Numbered from the stretch's first letter, positions 10,331-18,409 are shown. The stretch: DNA of 32,000 nucleotides from Moraxella nasovis (GCF_022701215.1 NZ_CP089976.1:930001-962000); one strand, 5' to 3'. Notes: generated by a model not told the origin, from the sequence alone. Numbers and translations: made by a program.

Positions 10331-10358
10331 AAAGCCGCACAACTTAGTGCGGCTTTTT
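10331..10358. terminator. rho-independent terminator, probably bidirectional
   Basis: GCCGCAC (10334-10340) pairs with GTGCGGC (10347-10353) around a 6-nt loop. It is followed by TTTTT and preceded by AAA, and lies 11 nt after the SBP stop. Confidence 0.75.
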
Positions 10359-10567
10359 ATGTCTGCTATTTGGTGAATATTTATCTATCAACCAGATGAT
10401 AGATGACTGATCTACTTTAGCATAAGCTTTTTGCCCACTTATATACGGCTATACGGCTGTCTGCTTAGCTCTTAAAGAAAATCATAAAGCAAACCTGTAT
10501 CTAGAACATATAATCCGCCTAAAGGTCGGTTATTTTAAATTCACTCATGGCAATTCCTTAAAATTTC

Positions 10568-10798
10568 TTAGCATGATAACTCTTTAATCAGCTTAAATCT
10601 TGGCACATCTTGACCGTTTATGTTTACCATCTCACAAAACATTGCCAAAGGTCGCACCCACACCCCACGCTCGCCATATAAGGCACGATAGACAACAAGC
10701 ATCTCTTTTGTCTTGCTGTGGTGGGCAATGTGCAGGACTTGGTACTCTTTACCTTTGTAATGGCGGTAGATGCCTGTTTTTAAATTTGCATTATTCAT
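10568..10798 (-). CDS. DUF1653 family protein
   Basis: 76 aa reading GIYRHYKGKEYQVLHIAHHSKTKEMLVVYRALYGERGVWVRPLAMF...VPRF, which matches the DUF1653 consensus as I remember it. GC is host-like. Its start overlaps the stop of the upstream ORF by 8 nt (ATGAATAA). Confidence 0.8.
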   Translation of the reverse strand: MNNANLKTGIYRHYKGKEYQVLHIAHHSKTKEMLVVYRALYGERGVWVRPLAMFCEMVNINGQDVPRFKLIKELSC

Positions 10799-11276
10799 GA
10801 TTTTGGGTTTGATAAACTAACTTGCCATTGGTTTCAAGCCATTTTAATAGAAAATTTACATGAGCTATTTCATTTTTACATTTATCTAATTGTCTTTCCA
10901 CTTCTTGTAAAATTATGGGAACTTCAACAATCCACACCTGTTCAATCTCCAGGTGATTTTTAAAGATACCAAAATAAAAAGCACGATTTCTGGTTACTCT
11001 TGAAAGATTGCTTTTTGTTATTCTATCCATTTGAAAACTGCAACCTTTATTTGTTTTTGTATTAACCCTTCTAATGCTAGCTAAATATTCATAAAAATTA
11101 CCACTTTCATCTTTGGCATCAGGGAGGTCTTTCTGTGGTATAAGCTGGTGACCTAATATCTCAGCCATAATTAATTCTTTTACAATACCTGGTTGCAAAA
11201 TATTCGAAATTCCATGGGTTTTTTCAGCACAAGACTGTGCCTGCAACAACAAATCTATAATTTCTGATGATTTCAT
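10791..11276 (-). CDS. PvuII-like (PD-(D/E)XK fold) restriction endonuclease homolog, solitary, with no cognate methyltransferase in the window
   Basis: 161 aa, against 157 aa for R.PvuII. By-eye alignment to R.PvuII from memory gives HGISNILQ vs HGINDIFQ, LPDAKDESGNFYEYLASI vs GNDAVDNAGQEYELKSI, AFYFGIFKNHLEIEQVW vs PWIFAIYRGIAIEAIYR, and LKWLETNGKLVY vs VKYVMEHGTKIY. GC is about 30 percent. It overlaps the upstream ORF by ATGA. Confidence 0.6.
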   Translation of the reverse strand: MKSSEIIDLLLQAQSCAEKTHGISNILQPGIVKELIMAEILGHQLIPQKDLPDAKDESGNFYEYLASIRRVNTKTNKGCSFQMDRITKSNLSRVTRNRAFYFGIFKNHLEIEQVWIVEVPIILQEVERQLDKCKNEIAHVNFLLKWLETNGKLVYQTQNHE

Positions 11277-11683
11277 AATGTTTGGTTAATTAATAGAAAT
11301 CTTTCAACAAAATTTTTCACAGTGATATTTTTAATATCACTATCCAAAACGTTCTTATCCAAAGCAATAGGGTTATTATTGGAATTTTGCAGTATGTAAA
11401 TGTGATTTTTACCACCCATTTCTTCAAATATCCCCACTATAAAATGATTGCTTGATACTTTATCAAATAAATAAGAATATTCATCATTGTCTGTGTTGCT
11501 TTTTTGAAAATAGCAGAAATTAAAAGCAATTAAAAGTGGCTGCATGTATTTTTGAGACTGCTCAAATGTACTATGCCAATGCAAAACTTTTGGCTCATTT
11601 AAAATCTCTTGGATTTGACTAGGGTTATTGTTGTAAATAACCCCATAAATTTCTTGACCTGTTTTTAGAGAAATAATTTTCAT
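11273..11683 (-). CDS. hypothetical 136-aa protein, partner of the PvuII-like nuclease (possible immunity/antitoxin-type protein)
   Basis: An intact ORF with a strong RBS (TAAGGA, overlapping the tyrS stop codon, 6 nt before the ATG). GC is low and the protein is mildly acidic. I recognise no family with confidence. The C-terminal third, HFIVGIFEEMGGKNHIYIL...VKNFVERFL, loosely resembles the SMI1/KNR4 (SUKH) layout. Confidence 0.55.
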   Translation of the reverse strand: MKIISLKTGQEIYGVIYNNNPSQIQEILNEPKVLHWHSTFEQSQKYMQPLLIAFNFCYFQKSNTDNDEYSYLFDKVSSNHFIVGIFEEMGGKNHIYILQNSNNNPIALDKNVLDSDIKNITVKNFVERFLLINQTL

Positions 11684-11692
11684 TATGTATCC

Positions 11693-12904
11693 TTAATTAA
11701 CCACACTCACCCGAGCATACGCCTTTTTACCTGCCTGAATTACGACCGTCTGCCCCTGTTCTAAGGCAAATCCTGCGACCACAACTTCGCCATCTACTTT
11801 GACCGCCCCACGAGAGAGCATGTCTTTGGCTTGGGCGGAGTTTTTGGCAAGGCTGGCTTGGTTTAAAATTTGCGTGATAAATAATTTGTCCGCTCCATTT
11901 AATGACAAAGTAACTTCTGGCAAATCAATGGGTAGCTCGCCGTCCGCCAAGCGGTTACCTGCCGATTTATGGGCATTGTCAGCACTGTCTTTGTCATGAA
12001 AGCGTTCAATCAATTCTAGTGCCAATATCCGTTTGAGTTCTTGGGGGTTGCGTCCTTGTGCCATCTCATCTAACAAGTCATTGACTTCATTCATCGGCTT
12101 GAAACTTAACAATTCAAAATAACGAGCAATCAGTGTGTCAGGCATGGATAGGATTTTTTGGTACATCACGCCAGCAGGCTCTGCGATGCCGATATAGTTG
12201 CCAAGCGATTTGCTCATTTTATTCACGCCATCAAGCCCTTCAAGCAAAGGCATGGTCAAGCACACTTGTGGCTGTTTGCCATAGCGAGATTGGAGCGTGC
12301 GTCCCATCAGCACATTAAAGGTCTGGTCCGTGCCGCCAATCTCCACATCGCTGTCCATGGCGATGCTGTCATAGCCTTGCACCAATGGGTACAAAAATTC
12401 ATGAATGGCAATCGGTGTTTGGCTGTTATAACGTTTTGAAAAATCATCACGTTCTAGCATACGAGAAACGGTCAGCTGACTGGCTAGGGCAATCATATCC
12501 CCTGCCGACATTTGCCCAAACCAGTCAGAATTGAACATGATTTTGGTTTTGTCTTTATCTAGGATTTTAAAGACTTGACTGGCATACGTTTGGGCATTGT
12601 GCTTGACATCTGCTTCGGACAAGGGCGGACGAGTGGTGTTTTTGCCAGTTGGGTCGCCAATACGAGCGGTATAATCACCAATCAAAAACAGCACTTCATG
12701 CCCTAAATCTTGAAAATGACGCAATTTATTCAAAACAACCGTATGCCCCAAATGCAAATCAGGGGCGGTGGGGTCCATGCCTAGCTTAATTCGTAGTGGA
12801 CGATTTTCTTGTAGTTTTTTGATTAAATCATCTTCTGAATAGATGTCTACCACGCCACGCTTTAGCAGTTTAAGTTGTTCGGTTGGGGAAAGAAAATTAC
12901 TCAT
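11693..12904 (-). CDS. tyrS: tyrosine--tRNA ligase
   Basis: 403 aa with the class I motifs HLGH (HIGH) and KMSKS, a TyrRS core (GGTDQ) and a C-terminal S4-like domain. Confidence 0.92.
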   Translation of the reverse strand: MSNFLSPTEQLKLLKRGVVDIYSEDDLIKKLQENRPLRIKLGMDPTAPDLHLGHTVVLNKLRHFQDLGHEVLFLIGDYTARIGDPTGKNTTRPPLSEADVKHNAQTYASQVFKILDKDKTKIMFNSDWFGQMSAGDMIALASQLTVSRMLERDDFSKRYNSQTPIAIHEFLYPLVQGYDSIAMDSDVEIGGTDQTFNVLMGRTLQSRYGKQPQVCLTMPLLEGLDGVNKMSKSLGNYIGIAEPAGVMYQKILSMPDTLIARYFELLSFKPMNEVNDLLDEMAQGRNPQELKRILALELIERFHDKDSADNAHKSAGNRLADGELPIDLPEVTLSLNGADKLFITQILNQASLAKNSAQAKDMLSRGAVKVDGEVVVAGFALEQGQTVVIQAGKKAYARVSVVN

Positions 12905-12937
12905 GACTGACCTTAATATTTCATTAACTATCGGTGC

Positions 12938-12946
12938 ATTTTAGCA
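12938..12946 (-). promoter_or_regulatory. candidate extended -10 element (TGCTAAAAT) for tyrS
   Basis: The reverse complement of 12938-12946 reads TGCTAAAAT, about 34 nt upstream of the tyrS ATG, with RBS TAAGGT in between. Confidence 0.4.
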
Positions 12947-13053
12947 TAATTTTTTAGACAATTTTATGCAAAATCACAAGACTAAAGACAACTACTGCAT
13001 AAAAACACCTTAACAAACACCCATCATATTGGTACACTTACTGATGATTTTCT

Positions 13054-13082
13054 TTGCCAACTTTCAAACTTATCTTTATAAT
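13054..13082 (+). promoter_or_regulatory. sigma70-type promoter for gshA (TTGCCA-17 nt-TATAAT)
   Basis: TTGCCA at 13054-13059 and TATAAT at 13077-13082 are separated by exactly 17 nt, about 29 nt upstream of the gshA ATG. Confidence 0.55.
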
Positions 13083-13110
13083 GGGCTAAATTTTCATAAA
13101 AGAGACAACA

Positions 13111-14670
13111 ATGACAGTCACCAACACCACTTTACCCACATGGTTCACCTCCAATCTTGTCGCAGGCATGCAGCGTGGCATCGAAAAAGAAGGGTTAAGA
13201 ATGCAGCCAGATGGTCATTCTGCTAAGACATTTCACCCTGCAAGACTTGGCTCAAAGCTAACTCACCCTTTTATCACCACAGATTATTCTGAGAACTTGC
13301 TTGAACTTATCACCGAGCCAAAAGATACAATCAAGGACGCCCTTGACATGCTAAGACAGCTACACGTCTTAGTACATCGCAGCCTAGAAAATGACGAGAT
13401 GATGTGGCCTTTGTCCATGCCGTGCATGCTCTCTGATGATGATGAAGATATCCCATTGGCAAATTATGGTACATCTAACATCGGACGACTAAAAACCCTG
13501 TACCGCTCTGGGCTTGGTGTGCGTTATGGACGAAAAATGCAAACTATAGCAGGACTGCATTATAACCTATCTATCGGTGATGATTTATTTAGCGAATGGA
13601 TGAAAGCAGAAAACCGTACCGATCTTACCGAATTTAAAAATGAAAAATATCTAAGCCTAATTCGTAACTTTAAACGCCTAACCCCCCTTGTGCTATACCT
13701 TCTAGGAGCAAGCCCAAGCGTGTGCGGCTGCTTTTTAACAGGTCGCAAGCATGATCTAATACCACTCACCAAAGACAGCTGCACAACTTTTTATAAGCCT
13801 TATGCAACAAGCCTACGCATGGGTAAACTTGGCTACACCAACAGCGTCCAAGAAGACCTAGACATTCGTTATAATGAGCTTGGTGAGTACATTAAGGGCT
13901 TAAGACGGGCGATTGATACACCATTTGCTGACTTTAGCAAGATTGGCGTAGATGATAAAGATGGTCAGCCAATACAGATTAACGACCATATTTTACAAAT
14001 TGAAAATGAATTTTATAGCCCCATTCGCCCAAAACAAGTCACCAAATCTGGCGAAACCCCCACCCAAGCCCTTGATAAGCGGGGCATCGCCTATGTGGAA
14101 TTTCGTGCCATTGACCTAGACCCATACAGCGATATTGGCATCACCACCGAAACGGCATGCTTTTTGGAGATTTTAGCATTGTACTGCTTATTTTCAGAGT
14201 CGCCTGAGCTTTTACCTGATGAAGAAAAGCGTCTTGCTGATAATGTCGAGATTGTCGTCAATCATGGACGCAGCCCTGATGCCACTATCTATACCACCAC
14301 AGGCAATACAAAGCTTAGCACATGGATCGAAGAGCGACTGATACAAATGCAACCAATCGCTGATAAATTTGATGAATATCACGGCGGTAACACCTATCGC
14401 ACCGCTTTAACACTCATGCAAGGCAAGGCAAATAATGCCAATCTGACCTTATCTGCACAGATTGAGTCTGACAGTCGCAGACTTGGTAGTACATGGAAGC
14501 TAGGTCAAGAGCTTGCCAAAAAGCACCAAAACGAGCTGCTTGCTCATGCCATCAGCGTAGAAGACACCCTAAAATTCTATGAGCTTGCGGTGCAGTCGTT
14601 CGCCGAACAGCAACGCCTTGAGCGAGAAGAAACACAAAGTTTTGATGAATTTTTTCGGCAATACCGCTGA
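13111..14670 (+). CDS. gshA: glutamate--cysteine ligase (type 1)
   Basis: 519 aa, colinear with proteobacterial GshA (RGIEKEGLR, HPFITTDYSENLLELIT, YVEFRAIDL). Confidence 0.9.
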   Translation: MTVTNTTLPTWFTSNLVAGMQRGIEKEGLRMQPDGHSAKTFHPARLGSKLTHPFITTDYSENLLELITEPKDTIKDALDMLRQLHVLVHRSLENDEMMWPLSMPCMLSDDDEDIPLANYGTSNIGRLKTLYRSGLGVRYGRKMQTIAGLHYNLSIGDDLFSEWMKAENRTDLTEFKNEKYLSLIRNFKRLTPLVLYLLGASPSVCGCFLTGRKHDLIPLTKDSCTTFYKPYATSLRMGKLGYTNSVQEDLDIRYNELGEYIKGLRRAIDTPFADFSKIGVDDKDGQPIQINDHILQIENEFYSPIRPKQVTKSGETPTQALDKRGIAYVEFRAIDLDPYSDIGITTETACFLEILALYCLFSESPELLPDEEKRLADNVEIVVNHGRSPDATIYTTTGNTKLSTWIEERLIQMQPIADKFDEYHGGNTYRTALTLMQGKANNANLTLSAQIESDSRRLGSTWKLGQELAKKHQNELLAHAISVEDTLKFYELAVQSFAEQQRLEREETQSFDEFFRQYR

Positions 14671-14686
14671 TTAAGGTATGACTGCC

Positions 14687-15190
14687 ATGCCAAAAAAGCT
14701 AACATTTCAAACGCTGTGTGCCTGCTTATTTATAATGAGTGTTGTGGCGACATTGGTAGCAATTTTTTATTTTCAAAAGCATTTGGGGCTTGATCCTTGC
14801 CCTTTATGTATTTTTCAGCGGATTGGCGTGTGGATCATGGGGGCTTTTGCCTTTATTGGTATGCTTATCAATCCCAAAAAAGTGTGGGCAAAACTGTCTG
14901 TCTGGCTTGGTATGATGATAGGCGTGCTTTGGGGCATAGGCGTGGCAGCTCGTCATGTGTGGCTACAGCACCTGCCTGCCGACCAAGTGCCTGCGTGTGG
15001 GCCTGGGCTTAATTATTGGGTAGAGACACTGCCAATACTGCAAGTGTTTGAACAAGTACTTAAAGGCTCTGGTGAATGTGCGGTGATTGATTGGCAGTTG
15101 CTTGGGATAAGCATTCCTGAGATGACTTTGGCGATGTTTGGAGTATTTGGGGTGGTACTAATCATGGGATTAAAAGTGCTTAAGCGATAA
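14687..15190 (+). CDS. dsbB: disulfide bond formation protein B
   Basis: Four TM segments, the first periplasmic CxxC in LDPCPLCIFQR and a second Cys pair (PACGPG...GECA). The ATG at 14687 has AAGG 10 nt upstream. The track start at 14678 is an equally open alternative. Confidence 0.8.
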   Translation: MPKKLTFQTLCACLFIMSVVATLVAIFYFQKHLGLDPCPLCIFQRIGVWIMGAFAFIGMLINPKKVWAKLSVWLGMMIGVLWGIGVAARHVWLQHLPADQVPACGPGLNYWVETLPILQVFEQVLKGSGECAVIDWQLLGISIPEMTLAMFGVFGVVLIMGLKVLKR

Positions 15191-15341
15191 AAATAAAAGC
15201 CACTTACTACTTTAAGAAAGCGGCAGCCTTGAGTAGCTATGAGAGCCTTTTGGTATTTATACCTTTGGCAATGGACAAAACAGCACTTATGCTTTACAAT
15301 TTTAACCAATAAATATGGGTACAATCAGTCAAGGAAAAACC

Positions 15342-15809
15342 ATGAGCCAACATCACCAATTACAAATGTCTGTTCTAATGACACCTGAATATGCAAACTT
15401 TACAGGCAATGTTCATGGTGGCGATATTTTAAAATTGCTCGATCAAGTCGCCTATGCCTGTGCCAGTCGTTATAGCGGTAAATACGTCGTTACCTTATCA
15501 GTGGATAAAGTGGTATTTTGCCAGCCAATTCACGTCGGTGAGCTGGTTACTTTCTCAGCAAGTGTCAATTACACAGGGCGAATTTCTATGGAAGTAGGCG
15601 TGCGTGTAGAATCTCAAAATATCCAAACAGGCAAGATTCGTCACACCAACAGCTGTTATTTCACGATGGTAGCAGTAGATGAAAAAGGTTGTTCCACGCC
15701 TGTGCCGGCACTTAAGCTTATCACCGATGAACAAAAAAAACGCCATCAAGACGCTCTCAAACGCAAAGAAATTCGCTTACAAGACACTAGCGGAACTTGT
15801 AAAAACTAA
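15342..15809 (+). CDS. yciA: acyl-CoA thioesterase, YciA-type hotdog fold
   Basis: ANFTGNVHGGDILKLLDQVAYACASRYSG is the typical YciA/BFIT hotdog motif. The ATG at 15342 has AAGGA 6 nt upstream. The track ORF starts 27 nt earlier. Confidence 0.75.
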   Translation: MSQHHQLQMSVLMTPEYANFTGNVHGGDILKLLDQVAYACASRYSGKYVVTLSVDKVVFCQPIHVGELVTFSASVNYTGRISMEVGVRVESQNIQTGKIRHTNSCYFTMVAVDEKGCSTPVPALKLITDEQKKRHQDALKRKEIRLQDTSGTCKN

Positions 15810-15851
15810 CTACTCTAATAGCAACCACATATAAGCCAGTAGATTTATGTC

Positions 15852-15877
15852 AAGCACCGTGTAATGCGGTGTTTTTT
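15852..15877 (+). terminator. weak rho-independent terminator after yciA
   Basis: AAGCACCG pairs with CGGTGTTT (with a G-U pair) around loop TGTAATG, running into TTTTTT at 15872-15877. Confidence 0.45.
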
Positions 15878-16146
15878 GATGTTTATTGTCATACCACCTT
15901 TTTAAATAAATATCTCTCATAAAGCAAACATAGCCCAGTTTTTTTTATGATAAAGCGATGATTAAGCTTGTCTTTGATGTATCGCTAGGACGCTGTTTTG
16001 GGTGATTGCCAATTTGTGCTATCGCTTTAAGTACACGCATTAAAGCATAAATGATGCGTAAGATGATTTAATCAGCAGATGCATGAGCGGTTTGATACAT
16101 TGGGCGATTTATTCATTTTATCAAAATAACCTGCTTGACACCGCTT

Positions 16147-17391
16147 TTAAAAAACCAACCACACAAACCACGCCCCCACCACCAACGCAAGACAGCTTGA
16201 TAATCGCAGTCTTTTTTTGTGCTGTTTTTGTGAGATGATGTCTGCCAAAATAACATAAATAAACCCAAATGCAATGCCAAGCGATGCGATATTGACAAGC
16301 GTCAAAAGATGATTACGCCCAAGCAAAGTCATGCTTAAACACAATAAGGTTAGCATGGTAATGATAAGCGGGTTTGGCTTTTGCTCGTGAAAGCCATGAA
16401 ATAAAAACGTTGGCAGTACACGCTGCTCGTTCATGGATTCAACCAATGACAAAGCGGATAACAAAAAGCCATTAATACCGCTGATAATAGAACACGCCAT
16501 AGCAAGCGTCAAAATCGCCATACCTGCCGACCCAAGTTGCTCACGCACGCCTGCACCTGTCGCCCATGACAGCTCTTTGATAGCGGCATAATCAAAATTA
16601 ACATTTAAGGCAGTAAAATAATTAACAAGCAAATAACACACAAGCCCAGAAAAAATAGACAAGTAGATGATGTGTGTGCTTTGCTTTTTAGATGTGGCAA
16701 TATTTTTGGCGATGTTTGGCGTGGTTTCAAAGCCGACATACGCCCAAGGCACAATAGCAAGTATAGCAAGCCACGAGCCACTGTCAAACGCCCCTAATTC
16801 TGATTTAAGGGGTGGTAAATAGGCATGGGGAGCGACCCAAAGCGAGCCAACACTTAAGACAATAATCGCTCCAACCATCAAAAAGGCAATGATAAGCTGC
16901 ACCAAAGCCCCATGCTTAATGCCTTTGCTATTTATCCATGCACACGCCACAAGCACGAAAGATGAGATGATAAGCTCACTGCCAAACATTTGCCAATCGT
17001 TGATACGGTACAAAGGCAGCCATTGCCAATCAGCAGGCAAATGATTACGAAGCAGTAACGTGATGGCAGACGTGTTTAACGCCACAATCGCCAAATAACC
17101 CGCCAGCACGCAAAAGCCATAAATCATGGCATGCCTGTCGCCCAAATAATGACGCACCCAAAACACACCCCCTTGTTCATCGCTGTGCAGCTTCATTAAA
17201 TTCATATAACAGCGAGCCACCAACGTAATGAGCAATGTACCAAACACAAACGCCACCGCCGACCCAAGTAGCGTGCTTTTGACCAAAAATAAATCGCTTG
17301 GCATGACAAATACACCCCACCCAATCATCGCCCCAACACTTACGGCGATGGCTTGAATGGGTGAGATTTGGCGGTTGTTATTGGCGGTCAT
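16147..17391 (-). CDS. APC-superfamily amino-acid/metabolite permease
   Basis: 414 aa, highly hydrophobic, with about 11-12 predicted TM helices and an N-terminal motif (AIAVSVGAMIGWGVF) typical of APC transporters. It starts 8 nt after the tauD stop. Confidence 0.8.
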   Translation of the reverse strand: MTANNNRQISPIQAIAVSVGAMIGWGVFVMPSDLFLVKSTLLGSAVAFVFGTLLITLVARCYMNLMKLHSDEQGGVFWVRHYLGDRHAMIYGFCVLAGYLAIVALNTSAITLLLRNHLPADWQWLPLYRINDWQMFGSELIISSFVLVACAWINSKGIKHGALVQLIIAFLMVGAIIVLSVGSLWVAPHAYLPPLKSELGAFDSGSWLAILAIVPWAYVGFETTPNIAKNIATSKKQSTHIIYLSIFSGLVCYLLVNYFTALNVNFDYAAIKELSWATGAGVREQLGSAGMAILTLAMACSIISGINGFLLSALSLVESMNEQRVLPTFLFHGFHEQKPNPLIITMLTLLCLSMTLLGRNHLLTLVNIASLGIAFGFIYVILADIISQKQHKKRLRLSSCLALVVGAWFVWLVF

Positions 17392-17399
17392 GGGCGTAT

Positions 17400-18242
17400 T
17401 TAATCTGCTTTAAAATATGGCACGTCGCCATTTACAGTGGCACGGTGCATGATACGATGAGCATTGCCATAATCAAATAACGCCTTATGCTGAGTGATAC
17501 GATTATCCCAAATGGCAACATCGCCTGCTTGCCACTGCCAACGCAAACTAAACTTATCTTGGATGCTGTGAGCAAACAGTTTATCGAGCAATTCACGGCT
17601 TTCATTTTTTTCCATGCCGTCAATATGACTGGTAAAACCTTCACTCACAAACAATCCTTGTCGTCCACTTTCTGGATGAGTGCGGATAACAGGGTGGATA
17701 ACAGACGGATTGTCTTTGATAATTTGCTCAAGTTTTGCAATGTCTTTGGCAGTTTGCCCAAAGCGTTCTTTGGGAAATGACAGACGAATGTCATGCACAG
17801 CGTTTAGACTTTGTAACTTGGCTTTGGTGTCGTCATCAAGGTCATCATAGGCAGCAGATAGGCTTGCCCATAGGGTATCGCCGCCTTTTTCTGGGACTTT
17901 TATGGCGTGTAGCACACAGCCTAAAGGTGGCGTTTGGCTAAAAGTTACGTCCGTGTGCCACAACTCATTATCACGCAAATCGGTCTGATGACTGTCTAGC
18001 ACGATAATCTCAGGCACATCAAGGATATGCGGGAAAATCGGGTGAATATGCAGTGAGCCAAAGCCTTTGGCAAGGGCTACTTGCTTACTTGGCGTCAGAT
18101 TCTGCTTACGAAAAAAGATAACTTGATAATCAAGCAAGGCTTGTTTAATCATGTCAAATTCTTGTTCATGAATATCGCTTAAATCAATACCATCAATGAC
18201 AGCACCGATAGCGGGTTTAATGGGAGTAATGGTAATAGACAT
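17400..18242 (-). CDS. tauD: taurine/alpha-ketoglutarate-dependent dioxygenase family protein (TauD/TfdA)
   Basis: The facial-triad context WHTDVTF is present along with a later His, and a C-terminal region (DNRITQHKA). The ATG at 18242 (MSITITPIKPAIGAVIDGIDL) gives 280 aa, against 283 aa for E. coli TauD. The 47-codon extension in the track is unlikely. Confidence 0.85.
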   Translation of the reverse strand: MSITITPIKPAIGAVIDGIDLSDIHEQEFDMIKQALLDYQVIFFRKQNLTPSKQVALAKGFGSLHIHPIFPHILDVPEIIVLDSHQTDLRDNELWHTDVTFSQTPPLGCVLHAIKVPEKGGDTLWASLSAAYDDLDDDTKAKLQSLNAVHDIRLSFPKERFGQTAKDIAKLEQIIKDNPSVIHPVIRTHPESGRQGLFVSEGFTSHIDGMEKNESRELLDKLFAHSIQDKFSLRWQWQAGDVAIWDNRITQHKALFDYGNAHRIMHRATVNGDVPYFKAD

Positions 18243-18385
18243 AGTACACCTACCGATAAGTAACGAGTGATAGTCATGCACTATACTAAAAGCGTTGGGG
18301 CTTACAAAATACCAAATAGCGTTATTGATATGCGATTTTGGCATTTTAAAACGTTGGTCAAACATTTTATGATAACTAACCAAAG

Positions 18386-18409
18386 GCGTGTTAAATCTTT
18401 ATAACACGC
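18386..18409. promoter_or_regulatory. 8-bp perfect palindrome GCGTGTTA-N8-TAACACGC containing a T-N11-A (LysR-type) box
   Basis: Read directly from the sequence. It lies in the 356-bp divergent tauD/cysI intergenic region, 144 bp from the tauD ATG. Confidence 0.35.

Noticed and set aside
10383-10458. Small 8-bp hairpin (ATCTATCA/TGATAGAT, 10383-10404) and a tandem ATACGGCT ATACGGCT duplication (10443-10458) downstream of the DUF1653 gene
   Set aside because: These are short, isolated and lack a T-tract or a second copy elsewhere in the window. They are compatible with chance or a trivial slippage duplication.
10700-11760. Search for mobile-element hallmarks around the low-GC cassette (terminal inverted repeats at both outer junctions, target-site duplications, integrase or transposase, tRNA)
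   Set aside because: I found none at the outer boundaries. The only repeat is the 11-bp TTAATTAACCA inverted pair, reported as a finding. I therefore did not annotate the cassette as a mobile element.
15013-15324. 103-aa minus-strand ORF spanning the dsbB 3' end and the dsbB-yciA spacer
   Set aside because: It overlaps dsbB antisense, has no RBS and its product is not recognisable. It is most likely spurious.
18243-18383. N-terminal extensions in the ORF track: tauD (47 codons), proA (7682-7753), dnaK (29657-29704), the ABC ATPase (7884-7931) and yciA (15315-15341)
   Set aside because: In each case an internal ATG with a proper Shine-Dalgarno sequence reproduces the canonical family N-terminus and length. 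The extensions cover promoter or operator DNA.
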